Shown piece by piece: positions 1-12,180 of a DNA stretch of 64,000 nucleotides. This DNA is from Eledone cirrhosa (Eukaryota). The stretch is taken from positions 380,060,001-380,124,000 of the forward strand of contig OZ024740.1 of assembly GCA_964016885.1 (NCBI GenBank). The letters run 5' to 3'. Position numbers and translations under genes: made by a program. Every line of letters begins with the position of its first letter. Within the stretch, counting starts at the first letter, position 1. Under the pieces are notes generated by a model. That model saw only the letters and a list, made by a program, of their open reading frames with translations. It did no database searches and was not told the DNA's origin.

Positions 1-390
1 GCTTCATTTCACGTTTCTTTTCCTGTTAAGACGAGGACTTCTATGATTAAAACAGCAAAGAAGCTCCCTATAAGACACAACACCGGAACATACTATCAAG
101 CCAGCTAAACCATCATAGGTGTGAGCGGTAAGTTTCGTTTTTTTTTTCACCAGTATATGCAGCATTGTCACCAATTCCGGAATACTAGTAGCATTCGTCA
201 ATTAGTGACAGGGAATATGGACAGGTAATTGATATTAATATTCCTTATCTAGTCAACAATCTCTCCTTATGAGCACTTATCCTAACCAAACTCCTTTCCC
301 ATGTAAGAATGATGTGACCAACTCTGTCTCGGTTTAATGAATATAGTTTATCGACAAAAGTGTCTAGGTTACATTAATGTTTCATTACTC

Positions 391-749
391 TGTGGTAAAA
401 ATGAAGTATTCTAGTTGGATTGTTTATCGACATAGACGTGAGGGAAGGTCCCTCGTCTATTTACCATTTTTGTAAGTGAGAATTATGACAAAGTGAGTGG
501 GTGTGTGCGTAAACAAGACAATAACCACAACAAGAGTTATATTCAATAAATGTAAATAATGGTGATGTTTATTTTGTTTATATGTGTTTATTATATTACA
601 AATGGAACATACCAAATATAGACGCGGCCAGTTGTGGTGAATTACAATTACAAAGGTATTGTGGGGTTTGCTGTTTGCTGTTCTCAACGAGGGGGAGACA
701 ACTAGGGTTGTTCCATTATCCGCCAGGAGGCGTGAGGCGTCTTACTACA
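391..749 (-). repeat. 3' LTR (359 bp), lacks a 96-bp segment present in the 5' LTR
   Basis: Near-identical to 5564-6017; begins TGTGGTAAAA and ends CTTACTACA on the + strand. Confidence 0.95.
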
Positions 750-762
750 GTATCCCCTGCCA
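750..762 (-). promoter_or_regulatory. Polypurine tract before the 3' LTR
   Basis: Minus strand GGCAGGGGATAC directly precedes the TGTAGT LTR start. Confidence 0.55.
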
Positions 763-1099
763 GATTTTCAAATCATCGAAAATCGATGTTATTACTCACA
801 CGTGTAGTAAGATGGCGAACAATGCAACAAGGGGGAGCTATTCGCTCTACCAATTATTAAATCCAAAATAAGGATTTGAAAAATGTTAAAAAAAAACAAC
901 AACATGCATGCATAAAAAACAGGCAAAGAAAAAAGCAGAAACACAGAAGCAAAAAAAAGGTGCAGCTGACACAGTCTAAATATAGACGGTGCTGCAAAAT
1001 CTTTTGGGCCAGTGGACCCTACGACCTGAACGGGTCGTGGTCTTGTAACGTGGCGATGGTGCTGGTGTAGGGACAGGCGATGATGGTGGTTCAGGAACA

Positions 1100-4000
1100 G
1101 GCGTTCGCTCAACAGGCAAATACGAAGGGGTTCGTGGATCAGGAACCACAGCGTCCGTGTCAAGTGTGCCTGCTTAAGCCTGTCTATTGTAACTGTCTCC
1201 CTGGACCCTTTAATATCTAAAGTGAAATGCTTAGCCGAGCGCGCTAAGACATGGTAAGGTCCAGTGTAAGGCTGTGTGAGCGGGGGCTTCACAGAATCTT
1301 TCCTTACAAAGACATGCGTCCACGAGGCAACATCCCTCGGGACAGCAGTCTTGACAGTTTGTTTCCTAGTGTCCATTGGCGGCAAATCCTGGAAATAGGA
1401 GCGCGACGGGACACGTAGGAAGCGTGATCTTGGGCATCAAGATCGATAGGGGCAAGCATTTGCCCGGGCAACGTCAGAGGGGCACCGTACAGTACTTCGG
1501 CCGGTGAAAATCCAAAGTCGACCTTCACCGTTCACCGAATCCCTAGTAGCACAATAGGGAGGTACTCGCTCCAATGCGCCGAGTCCATTGAGGCCATTAA
1601 GGAGGCCTTCAGTTGTCGGTGAAAACGCTCCACCATACCATTCGAAGCGGGATGGTACGCCGTAGTTCTAATGCGTTTAGCACCAATTAAATTTGACAGT
1701 TCGAGGAAAAGGCTCGACTCGAACTGTCGTCCACGGTCGGTAGTTACTGTGGATGGAACTCCATAACGAGAGATCCATCCAGACACAAGAGCACGCGCTG
1801 TTGTCTCAGCGGTGATGCTTTTCAAGGGGATGGCTTCAGGCCATCTTGAAAAACGGTCAATTATGGTCAGCAGATAAGAATAACCATCGCTGACAGGCCA
1901 AGGTCCCACTATATCAATATGAATGTGCGAAAAACGCGCATCTGGGTTAGTAAAGGTACCCAGAGCCTTGACGTGTCGATGGACCTTTGATTTCTGGCAA
2001 GCGACGCAGGAACGGCACCAAGCAGCAATTTCACGCCTCATATTTGGCCAGAAAAATCTAGCTGATATGAGCTTTGCTGTGGCAGAAGATCCTGGATGCG
2101 AGAAACCATGTAATGCCAGAAACACGGTCCGACGATGATTTTCTGGAACGAAGGGCCTAGGCACGTCCAAAGAGACGTCGCAGAGAATTTGGCCAACTGC
2201 AGTCGACAGAGGCAAGTATTTCATCTCGCGATCCGCAAACTCAGGCGATGTGACATCCAATGACTCAAGAGGAGGCTGATCCGCAGTCAAACGAGTCAGA
2301 TCTATGTCAGAGGGTGACGAGATCGCTGTCAAGGGTAAGCGGGACAAGGCATCGGCCGCTGTATTTAGTGAATCCGGAATGTGTTGGATATCATTCGTAT
2401 ATTGCGAGGTGAAATCAAGGTGTCTCGTCTCTCTGGACGAGTATTTATCAGCCTTCGCTCTCAACGCAAAAGTCAATGGTTTATGGTCAGTGAGGATAGT
2501 AAATAGTCTACCCTCAAGCATATGTGAAAAATGTTTCACGGCCAAATAGATGGCTAAAAGCTCCCTTCCAAAGGTGATGTAGCGCGTCTCAGCAGGTTTC
2601 AGCTTTCTGGAAAAGAACTCCAGCGGTTTCTGGTAACCATTAATCTTTTGCTGTAGCACTGCGCCCACAGCGATATCCGATGCATCAACACAAAGCGTTA
2701 GCTTTGCACCGGGTACCGGGTGAGTCAGTAACGAAGCATTAGCCAAAGCAGTTTTGGCGTGCTGAAAATCAGCAAGTTGAGTGTCTGTCAAAGAAATGTC
2801 TTTGTTCTTCTGCCGACAATTTTTTAAAATCTCCGTCAGGGAGAAAAGCAATCTTGCACAATTTGGCACGAAACGCCTATAAAAGTTAATCAGACCTAAG
2901 AACTGGCGTAACTGACGTAGTGAGATCGGTGGAGGCAAATCCTCTATGACCTTAACTCGCTCAGGCCGGGGTCGAATAACGTCAGCATCGATGACGTGAC
3001 CCAAGAAAGTCAGTGACTCAGCACCAAAAACACATTTGGGTGCATTAATCTGCACGTTATAAGCCTTCAATCGGCGGAAATGAAGATTCAAATGGTGCGT
3101 ATGTTGCTCTTGAGAAGAACCAGCAATGAGCAGGTCGTGAATATAGGTATAGAGACGAAATCGAGGCCACGAGTAACCTCCTCCATAAACCGCTGAAACG
3201 TACTAGCGGCATTCCTTAATCCGAACGACATGGTCAAAAACTCAAATGACCCAAATGGCGTAACTATAGCCGTTTTGGGAATGTCATTTTTATGGACAGG
3301 AATGTGATGGTACGCACGAATTAAATCCAGTTTGGAGATTATCTTGCATCCCTGCAACGAAGACGCAAAGTCTTGCAGATGAGGGATAGGATAACGGTCC
3401 GGTTCTGTTATCGAATTTAGGCGTCGATAATCTCCAGTAGGTCTCCAATCGCCAGTCGCTTTCGGTACCATGTGTAATGGGGACGCCCACGTGCTCGTGG
3501 ACGGACGAATAATCCCCAACTGCAGCATATGATCAAACTCTGATCGTGCTGTTTGAGTTTGTCCGGAGGCAAGCGACGAGGACGAGAAAAAACGGGAGCA
3601 CCAGTTGTAGATATGAAGTGTTCCGTGGTATGAGTTGGCTCATCAACTCGAAAATTTCCCTGAGTCAGTTGCGGGAACGAGTTCAACAACGCATGGTAAG
3701 TATCACCGGTGTTAGCAAGAAAAAAGGTCGGGCTAACCGTTGGAACTCCTGCTGCCTTGCCAACAACAGTTAAATCAGTGATGCCATCAATTAGGCGTTT
3801 ACGACGGAGGTCCACTGTCAATGAAAAATGGTGGAGAAAATCCGCGCCTAGAATCGGATACGGCAAGGCAGCGACAGTAAATATCCATTTAAACTCGCGC
3901 CGCAGATTACGGAACTGCAAAGGTAGCGAGATTTGTCCGAAGGTTCGAATCGGCGAACAATTTACTGCCTGCAACTCAATAGGTGTCTCAGGGGGAGTCT

Positions 4001-4166
4001 CCTTCATACAACACACAGGCCATACTGAACAAACTGCACCTGTGTCAACCAGAAAGGCCTTACCTGATAGGAGGTCCTCAATGAAAAAGTGGCGGTTGGA
4101 TGATGTTTCGCAGAGCGCACTATCCGCCGTTAGTGACTCTGGTCGTCGTTTCCCTCGTAAGCACAA
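1100..4166 (-). pseudogene. pol: Pol (protease, RT, RNase H, integrase) disrupted by frameshifts and a stop
   Basis: Fragments: 3417-4166 (FLVDTGA, ILGADFL); 3088-3528 ([22 protein letters not shown]; catalytic motif reads YIHD next to a frameshift); 1532-3091 (DASD, RELLAI, TDHKPL, HHCC, D-D-E integrase); 1304-1528; 792-1385 (YTGPY). Confidence 0.93.
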
Positions 4167-4909
4167 GGAGGCCTACAATGGGTGGCTTTGTCACCATATT
4201 TGTCATGGTAATAACAATATGGTGGTTTTGGTGTTTTGGAAGGGCTACGGTGGCGAGGAGTTGAATAAGTTCGTGAGCGGCTCCTCTGCCGTCCAAAATA
4301 CTTGAATTCCTGGCACAACTCCGCCATTTGACGAGTCATGGCTTCCATTGTTCTGACTAATTTCTCATCACTCGCCGATGAGCGTGATTGAGGAAGAGAA
4401 GAGGAAGCAACGTACTTTGGCTTCGAAGTGTCTCTCTTCGTCACTTCTACAATTTTGTCAGCAGAGACAGCAATGTGGTCGAGGGTATTTACCTCTAGCA
4501 TATGGGCTAGGATCGCCTGTACCTCTTGAGGTAGGCGAGAGAAGAACAATTGCTTCAGGAAAGGGCTATCCTGATCTTGGGAATCGCTCAATTCCCGCAA
4601 ATGCCGGAGAAAAGCGGTAGGGGTCCTGTCACCTAATCGTTCGTCCTCGATCAATGACCGAAAACGACTCTCTACCGACTTACACTTCCTTCTCAAGATC
4701 TTGCCTTTTAAAGACTCATACGTTAAGTCAGAGGGGGGGGGGTCTGTAATTAGGTCTTGGACTGAATCTGCTAAATTAGGGGGAAGTCCGCTAATCAAGA
4801 CAGCAAGGCGCTGGTCAGACTCGGTCTTACAGACCGTAAAATACGCCTGTAGCTGGGCCACCCACAGCTTAGGGTTTCCGGTAAAGGCGGGAAAATGTGG
4901 CGTATTCAT
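4130..4909 (-). CDS. gag: Gag with CHCC zinc knuckle
   Basis: Intact 259-aa ORF; P-x-F...P-x-LW N-terminus, LGDRTPTAFLRHLREL, C-terminal CYYHDKYGDKATHCRPPC. Confidence 0.9.
   Translation of the reverse strand: MNTPHFPAFTGNPKLWVAQLQAYFTVCKTESDQRLAVLISGLPPNLADSVQDLITDPPPSDLTYESLKGKILRRKCKSVESRFRSLIEDERLGDRTPTAFLRHLRELSDSQDQDSPFLKQLFFSRLPQEVQAILAHMLEVNTLDHIAVSADKIVEVTKRDTSKPKYVASSSLPQSRSSASDEKLVRTMEAMTRQMAELCQEFKYFGRQRSRSRTYSTPRHRSPSKTPKPPYCYYHDKYGDKATHCRPPCAYEGNDDQSH
4148..4154 (-). promoter_or_regulatory. -1 ribosomal frameshift slippery heptamer G GGA AAC
   Basis: Lies in the gag/pol overlap; gag frame GAG GGA AAC (E-G-N) slips to pol frame GGG AAA CGA (G-K-R). Confidence 0.75.
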
Positions 4910-5549
4910 TTTGAAACGTATAAAATTTTAAAAAAATATATATATATAAACACCAATTAATGTACCCTCGTACAGGGAAAAGCAAACACCCAAAATGGAA
5001 AAAAAATGAAAGGTCAAAAAGAAACAGACATTCAAAACATTAGGAAATAGGAAAAATACATAAAATACATATATATATTTTTAAAAAAATTTTTTCCTTC
5101 AACGTCTGTCCCCTTGTGTTGCTTCAACGAGCCAGCCAAATCAAATAACCCGTGAAAAAGAGAAAAAAAAAATGTTTGTTTTAGAATATATCCACGTTGG
5201 ATATCAACAATAGGTAGCCTGTGGCTAAAAATCCCTTAGAAAAAAAGTAAGGCATGTATATCCCCTGCGGGGCAGTAATGTTCACAAAAAAGTTTTTTTC
5301 CCTTGATCAAATATGGAACACACACGCAATTCCAAAATGTCCCTGTCCTGGCGGAAAATTACAAAACAGGGAAGGAAAGCAACGCCATCTTGGAAAAAAA
5401 TGTTGGCTGGTTTGTATACCTTGTCAATACGGTATAAACACTTTATTATTTCTCTGTCTTCTTTTTGTATTTTCGTAAGTTGCGAAAAGGTTGGCAACGT
5501 GGTAATAACAGTGAAGTTCAACTGAATAAAAAGGCTGCGTAAAATTCTT

Positions 5550-5562
5550 ACGTCGGTCACCA
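5550..5562 (-). promoter_or_regulatory. Primer-binding site, tRNA-Trp type
   Basis: + strand ACGTCGGTCACCA matches the tRNA-Trp 3' end (...ACGTCGGGGTCACCA) with a 2-nt deletion, 1 nt from the 5' LTR. Confidence 0.8.
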
Positions 5563-5563
5563 G

Positions 5564-6017
5564 TGTGGTAAAATGAAGTATCCTAGTTGGATTGTTTATC
5601 GACATAGACGTGAGGGAAGGTCCCTCGTCTATTTACCATTTTTGTAAGTGAGAATTATAACAAAGTGAGTGGGTGTGTGCGTAAACAAGACAATAACCAC
5701 AACGAGAGTTATATTCAACAAATGTAAATAATGGTGATATTTATTTTGTTTATATGTGTTTATTATATTACAAATGGAACATACCAAATATAGACGTGGT
5801 CAGTTGTGGTGAATTACAATTACAAAGGTATTGTGGGGTTTGCTGTTTGCTGTTCCCTTGGCTGTTTATCGTTTCGTGGTACAGAGGTTGTTTTCTGTGG
5901 CGTGTGTTTAGTCTGCTTTCCCGTGGCTGTCTCTGTTTACTTCTGGTGTTCTCAACCAGGGGGAGACAACTAGGGTTGTTCCATTATCCGCCAGGAGGCG
6001 CGAGGCGTCTTACTACA
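5564..6017 (-). repeat. 5' LTR (454 bp)
   Basis: Same termini as 391-749; adjacent to the PBS. Confidence 0.95.
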
Positions 6018-6179
6018 ACTCTGCAGATACTAACATTGGGATCTGCTCAATAAAGTCTTCCCTGAAGACTTTATTGACAGAACATTGAGTAGTACCCACA
6101 AACTCTTAACCTGGTATATATTCGTTGATGACCTAATTCTGTTTGTGACTATGGCAGCTGCTTCGATTCTAAGTGATAG

Positions 6180-6640
6180 TTGCATGTACAATGTTTAATC
6201 AGTCTTTAAATTGTATCTGCATTTCGTGTACCAATATCCTCCTACTAGGTCTTGCATTGGGGATTTTATATATGATAGGTTTGCAAGAACTACCAGTAAA
6301 TGTTACATAATGAGGTAATATAATTTACAAGAGTTTTATACGAATTTCTCACTCCATAGCTTATTTAAACTTACTGCACTCCATATCTTCACCAACCGCC
6401 AGAATGACTCCAGATCATCGAGAGGAGGAGCATTTATAACCTTTATCATATGGAATTTCATCCTGCGATATAAAATTTGTAGGTTTAACATGAATTTACA
6501 ATTGATATTACTGCATTTTTGCAATTTTCTACGATAACAAAACTTTTGATTTGCTGCTCATAGGTCGTGTTTAAGGGCAATTAGCTTGCTTGGGAATATG
6601 CCTCGTCAGCATTCCTATAGATTTAGGATAATCTTAAAAA
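6180..6640 (-). pseudogene. Decayed R4/Dong-like LINE RT N-terminal remnant
   Basis: PPLDDLESFWRLVKIW followed by KSPMQDLVGGYWY, resembling FW..IW / KSPGPD.I.GYW. Confidence 0.4.
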
Positions 6641-8174
6641 AAAAAAGACACGTTGGAGTTGCTTTTTATTTTTTTTGTAATTCATTATTTAATTTGCAAC
6701 TAATGATAGTCCGAACATTTTCTTTAGTCTGTCAGTTATATTATTTTGTTTATTTATTTATTTTGGAAACACATTTTCTAGTTTATATGTTAAGTATCAT
6801 TCTATCGATCTCTGTTACTCCTATCTGTTGGTAATTGCAAAAACACAGTAAGGCGTCTAGTGTCCAAAAAATGGGAACTTAATTTATGAAAGATGTTCTA
6901 TAGAAACTTGATAGTTCACTGATAACATTGAATTGTTATTTCAATGCGTTGCTTGTTGATGTTAACAGTGAATTTCTACTTAAATCTTGTTATGAGCTGT
7001 AATTTAAGCTGTTTTTTTATCTTTCGCCATTTCAATTTGTTCGTAAGCGGTTACTGCGTGTGCACAAAATGGCAATTGGCATATTCTGTTTTTCATTTGT
7101 TTTTGTCGATGTTTTTATCAATTTTCCTGTAAGCAAAATATGTTGGGCTTCAAAGCAAATACTGTTATATAATATGTACTTATTAATTCTTATTTTTCTC
7201 AACGTGCATAACTTACTGGCACAATTGCTATGTATGTATGTATGTATGTGTGTGTGCGTGCGTGTATGTATGTATATATGTATGTATGTTGCTGTTAACA
7301 TGTAACCTAGTACAACCTGTGCATGGGAGGGTCATCGCTGACTAAACCGGCAACCCCACCAAGCTTGCTTGGTGAGGAGGGTGATTTTGGACACCATACG
7401 GGATGAAAAACAACAAAGTTCAAAGGGCGAAGGAACTCGGAAGAGTCAACGGCCATCCAATAAAGTATTATTTTGTGGAGCGAGAAACTTCTAGTCTTCA
7501 TTAAGACATCTCTCTAGAAGAAGGTCACTCTGATATAAAACCTGCCACTTTGTGTGTATACTATGATGTAGACCAGGTCTACATTTTTGGCAAATGCATT
7601 CGATGTTCTGAGTGGCTCCGTGCAAAGCCTTTCCTCATTTAAAAAGCTTCAAGCACAGGCATCGCTTGATATGTGACATTTTTTTAGATGCATGTCATTG
7701 CTGGCCATAAGGAAGTCCCTAGCGGGATTAAAAGCTACATCCGTTATGCTCATGCTTAAGTATCAAGCGATGGCATTACACGAAATCGAATTGCAGCCAT
7801 CATGTATGTATGTATGTGTTCTATAGATGGGCTCCTATGCTTGGTGATTCGCAGATATTGTGGGAGGGATATGTTTCGACACTCAAATGCTGTTTTGACA
7901 GATATTAAGCCTCTGCTTCCCTGTTTGCGAATCATTTAGTGGCGGTCAACAACACTGTTGACGTGGAAATTTCCGGTGACGGTTAGAACTTTTGGTGTTT
8001 TAACATTTTTTCATGTTTTTCAATTTATAGGGAAAATTGTATTTTCTGGCATGTTAACATCATCACATATTATATATGTGTATATATTTACACATGTTGG
8101 TGCAGTCTCGGCTATACATTTTATATTTATACAGATATATTTATACGGATGTATGTATTTATACAGCTTGGCAC

Positions 8175-8330
8175 CAGTGATGTCGCAACACATTTCTACA
8201 TCTGGGTGAACTGGACTAACGGGAAATAAAATGTCCTGCTCAAGGACACAGCGCATCACCCGGTTCGAGAATTGAACTCACAACCTCTCAATTGCAAGCC
8301 CCACGCTCTAGCCACTAAGCCATACACCTT
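8175..8330 (-). mobile_element. tRNA-derived SINE, family B
   Basis: Reverse complement has a tRNA-like head with A/B boxes and the TGTGTCCTTGAGCAGGACA..TTTATTTC core shared with 53230-53517. Confidence 0.65.
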
Positions 8331-9140
8331 GACACATATACATACATGCATACACATATAGACACACGCACACACATATACATATATAATATATATAATA
8401 TGCGGATTTTTTTAAAGGGCTTGTTCTACATAAAATGTTCACATACAAATAGTGTCGCACTTTCTGAATATGGCATGTCGGAAAACAACTCCAGTCAACA
8501 CAGACAATACTCGCAGTATCAATTCCAAAACACAACACTCTTTAGAAGTGTTCAGTTTATGGAAATCCGCAAGGGAGATAACACCTATAGCTTTGGCTGA
8601 TTCAAGGTTTTTGCGACAATTTGAGATATGGCAACCGGAGTGAATCTACAAGATAAACTGCAAAGAGCAACATGCAAGTTTTGACCGTATGAATAAAGAG
8701 TATAGTGAACATTCCGGGGGGAGCATTCGGCATAAAGTGTGTGTATGAATTTATTTCTTCGCTGTTTGAATATAGCAAGTTAGGATAAAGCTCCTATAAC
8801 TATCCTCACAATTTCAAGATCTAAACTCGATTAGGGTTGTTCAGATAGTGGAAAGCAAACAAGGGAATTAACCCTGGCTGGTATAAACATTTTAGCAGAA
8901 TTTTCAACAATGCAATGTACGGTGATATATGTGTATGTAAGAGAGAGAGGGGGGGGGGGGGTGGAGAGAGAGAGAGAGAGAGAAAGAGAGAGGGGGGGGG
9001 GTGAGAGAAAGAGATAGATAAAGCAAAGGCGAAACAGTTATTTTTTATGCATATTTAATTAAAAGTATACCTCTGTTCCGAGGCCAGATTTTTTCTCTTA
9101 TCTGTTTTCAATTTACCGAATATATTCTCACTGATATATA

Positions 9141-9240
<100 letters not shown>

Positions 9241-11360
9241 GCTTTTAGTTCTTACTTTTACCGTCGATTTAAATTACGTGGCACTCCTATTGTAGTATAC
9301 AGATATAGAATGATATAAGCTAAATCTGGCTTTCTTATTTTTAGTATCTAATAATGGCTGCTATTTGCTATTGTAAATAGATAGGAAATGATTGGAAATA
9401 ACATAGTCAGAACAGATTTAGTTCATTATATATACGCAGCTTTTTAGATTTTAGTTTAGATGTGATATTAGCAACTATGCCCGTGGCTAGCCGTTTGTGG
9501 TTTGGCAGCAGAATCTTATACATAATAACAGTAAATGTGTCAAGCTTCTCCTCTAAATTAATAATTGTATTGTATTCTTTTAAGTCATATTTTGAGTAGC
9601 CGTAGATACACAATCTATGGGAAATCATGCTGATAGTGGAATTTAGATATCATTTTTTTAAAAGCGAAAATTGATCATTCGTGTTTTACTTCTACATATG
9701 TTATTGCGTTTCTCCATTTTACCCCGAACCGAGCAGACATAACGCATAGGTAGTCGACCAAACGATTATTTTTATTCCAGATAAACTATGCCTTCACTCA
9801 ACTGAAGTCCACACTTCACATTTCTTTATGCAGTGGTTAATCGTATGCGGTACAAAGTGAAAGATTGAAAATCTATTTTTGTATGTTTATAGATTATAGT
9901 AGTAGGCAAAGTGGACATCAGGGCGCCACAGTCAATGATTTTACATTTATCAATGGTGGTGTGAATCCTAGCTCATGGCTTAGAGCTAATGTCGTTAATA
10001 TTGCTATGTTTGTATTTATATAGTTTTTGTTTGGATATACTAGACTAGTATAAACTGTTAAAGTTCTTTTTTGGAGATGTAGTTCAATGCTTACAAGGGC
10101 TGGTTGAATATGTACATAGGTCCAGGGCTCAAAGAACCAAGGAGGGCTCTTGAATATGTGAATTTGAAAGACGCTTTGTATTTTAAGATGAGTTCCCAAC
10201 CACAAGAATCCATAATTAAGCTTGCAAACTTTCTCTCGGGGACCCTGTTACAGAGCCCCCGAGATAAACTAGTTAGAACTGAGAATAAGGAGTTTTCTGC
10301 AGTAAGACAATTAAAAATGGGCATATTGAGGTGAACGTTTAGTTTTAGTATTTTTGTGGCATTGCATAGCTGTTCCATGGATGGCGTCTCTGTGAACTTG
10401 TGATGAATATGTCTAGATGTTCTATAGTTAGTGGTTATGTGCAACCTGGGGTGAAGTATGCTTTTGTGTGTTCCTTATAGTTTATCATGGTTTCTTGTAC
10501 ATAGATTGGCGTGATCTATAGATGAATCTCATATATTGTTTCTTTGCTAAAGTTGTTTATATTTTATTTTGCCAAATGTTGTACATGTAAGTATTCTAAG
10601 TATGTGTGCGTATGTGTGCGTGAGTGAGTGTATGTGTGTGTGTCTGTGTGTCTGTATATGTGTGTATGTGTGCGTATGATTTTTTAATTTTTTACTGTAT
10701 CTTTTATATGCAATATATTCATGTTGATGCGCGGAATGGCTAGTTGTACATAATCTTCTTTGATTTAGCAGGTAAGAAATAAGATGCTGGATTTGGTAGA
10801 TATCAATTATTTTGGAATGATATTTCTATTTGATTGATGTGTATAGTTGAGGTAGTTGTGAAACTGCCTGGGGATTGTTTGAGATGTTACAGCTATCTTA
10901 TCCACATATAAGTTTGTGAGACTATTTTGCAGGTGTGTAGAAACATTTTGTGGGTATCAGTTGTGTATGTATTTCTTGAATATTACACCATTTAAGAAAC
11001 TCTAGATACTAGATGTGTTGTTGATCTATACTACATAGGATTGTCGACCTGTAATATATTTTACTATCCATAATCTATATATCTAAAATAGAGAATGTCT
11101 GTCTGTCTGTCTGTCTGACTGACTCTAAAACTCGAGAACCACCCAACCGATTGTTTTCAAACTTTACACATGTAATACTTATGCTCCTGTGAGTGTTTTG
11201 AGCAAACAATATTTCAAATTTTCCAATGCCCTAGGGACCGCATTCGGCGATTTAGCGATCTCTCTTTATAATTTTAGTCTTTCGTTTTAGAAAGATATAT
11301 AGATATAACGTTGCGCCCGTATAATATCTGTCTGTATGTCTGGCTGTCTGCATTATGACG

Positions 11361-11447
<87 letters not shown>

Positions 11448-11448
11448 C

Positions 11449-11500
<52 letters not shown>

Positions 11501-11535
11501 CTATATATATATATATCTATATATATATATATATA

Positions 11536-12180
11536 GTTCGTTTCTGAATTTGTTTAGCAAGATTCTTTATCTAAAATCGTGTGTTGAAACCGATATTGTT
11601 ATACTTTGGGAGGGTCATGTTGCCAATAAGAAACACACGCACCAGTTGTTTTCACTTCAATTTATTATATATTTATAAATTTATAAATTTACAAATTTAC
11701 AAACTTATAAATTTCTGGTTGGTTGGTTGGTTCCACAACCAGATAGTTGTTTATATATAGTCATAGTCCTTTCGTCACACACTCTGTGACCTCTTCAGTG
11801 ACTGGGGATTCCTTTCTTTGTTTCTGTGCCTTTCCTTTCTTCTAGCCTACGCCATTTTGTTTCTGTGTGTGTGTTGTGTGCTCAGTTTGCGCATGCGCCA
11901 CATCCGGGTGTCTGTGTGTGTTTGTGTTCATTTATCTATTTGTTTATTTATTTATTTATTTATTTATTGTTGGTTGTTTGTTCTATGTGTGTGTGTGTTT
12001 TCATTTTGTCCTGTGTGTGTTTTCATTTTGTCCTTAATTGTAAGTTGTGATGTTGCTGTTCCACTCATATTTTCTATTTAATTTTGGTTTTAATTCTTTT
12101 ATGCTTACTGCCTCTGTAATTAAGCAACTGGTGCGTGTGTTTCTTATTGGCAACATGACCCTCCCAAAGTATAACAATAT
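11536..12180 (-). mobile_element. Penelope-like pLTR fragment with inverted segment
   Basis: 56-bp inverted repeat 11593-11648 / 12125-12180; internal hammerhead; flanked by (TA)n; related to 44498-44640. Confidence 0.65.
11759..11803 (-). ncRNA. Minimal type I hammerhead ribozyme
   Basis: Minus strand AGTCA-CTGAAGA-gGTCACAgagtgTGTGAC-GAAA-GGAC-TA-TGACT; helix I AGTCA/TGACT. Confidence 0.7.

Larger units (their letters stand above)
391..6017 (-). mobile_element. Full-length Ty3/Gypsy LTR retrotransposon, CsRn1/Boudicca/Kabuki-like clade, pol inactivated
   Basis: Direct LTRs 391-749 and 5564-6017 with TG...CA termini; 4-bp TSD ACTC at 387-390 and 6018-6021; gag-PR-RT-RH-INT order on minus strand; CHCC Gag knuckle and tRNA-Trp PBS are the established CsRn1-clade signatures. 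Confidence 0.95.
300..6150 (+). pseudogene. Decayed Penelope-like RT fragment split by the Gypsy insertion (pieces 300-390 and 6018-6150)
   Basis: YRQK at about 349-360 before the LTR; after the LTR the sequence continues to LLTWYIFVDDLILFV (WYIFVDD at 6112-6132), resembling the PLE W-x-R-YVDD motif. Confidence 0.55.

Noticed and set aside
740-817. TGTAGTAAGA at 803-812, an inverted match to the LTR end, as a second LTR
   Set aside because: Only 10 bp match, with no extended similarity.
1923-4931. Plus-strand ORFs inside the Gypsy element
   Set aside because: Antisense shadows of gag and pol.
11580-11610. Plus-strand GAAAC..ATATTGTT (also at 44530-44552) as a second, opposite-sense hammerhead
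   Set aside because: No CUGANGA half upstream in either copy; probably coincidental.
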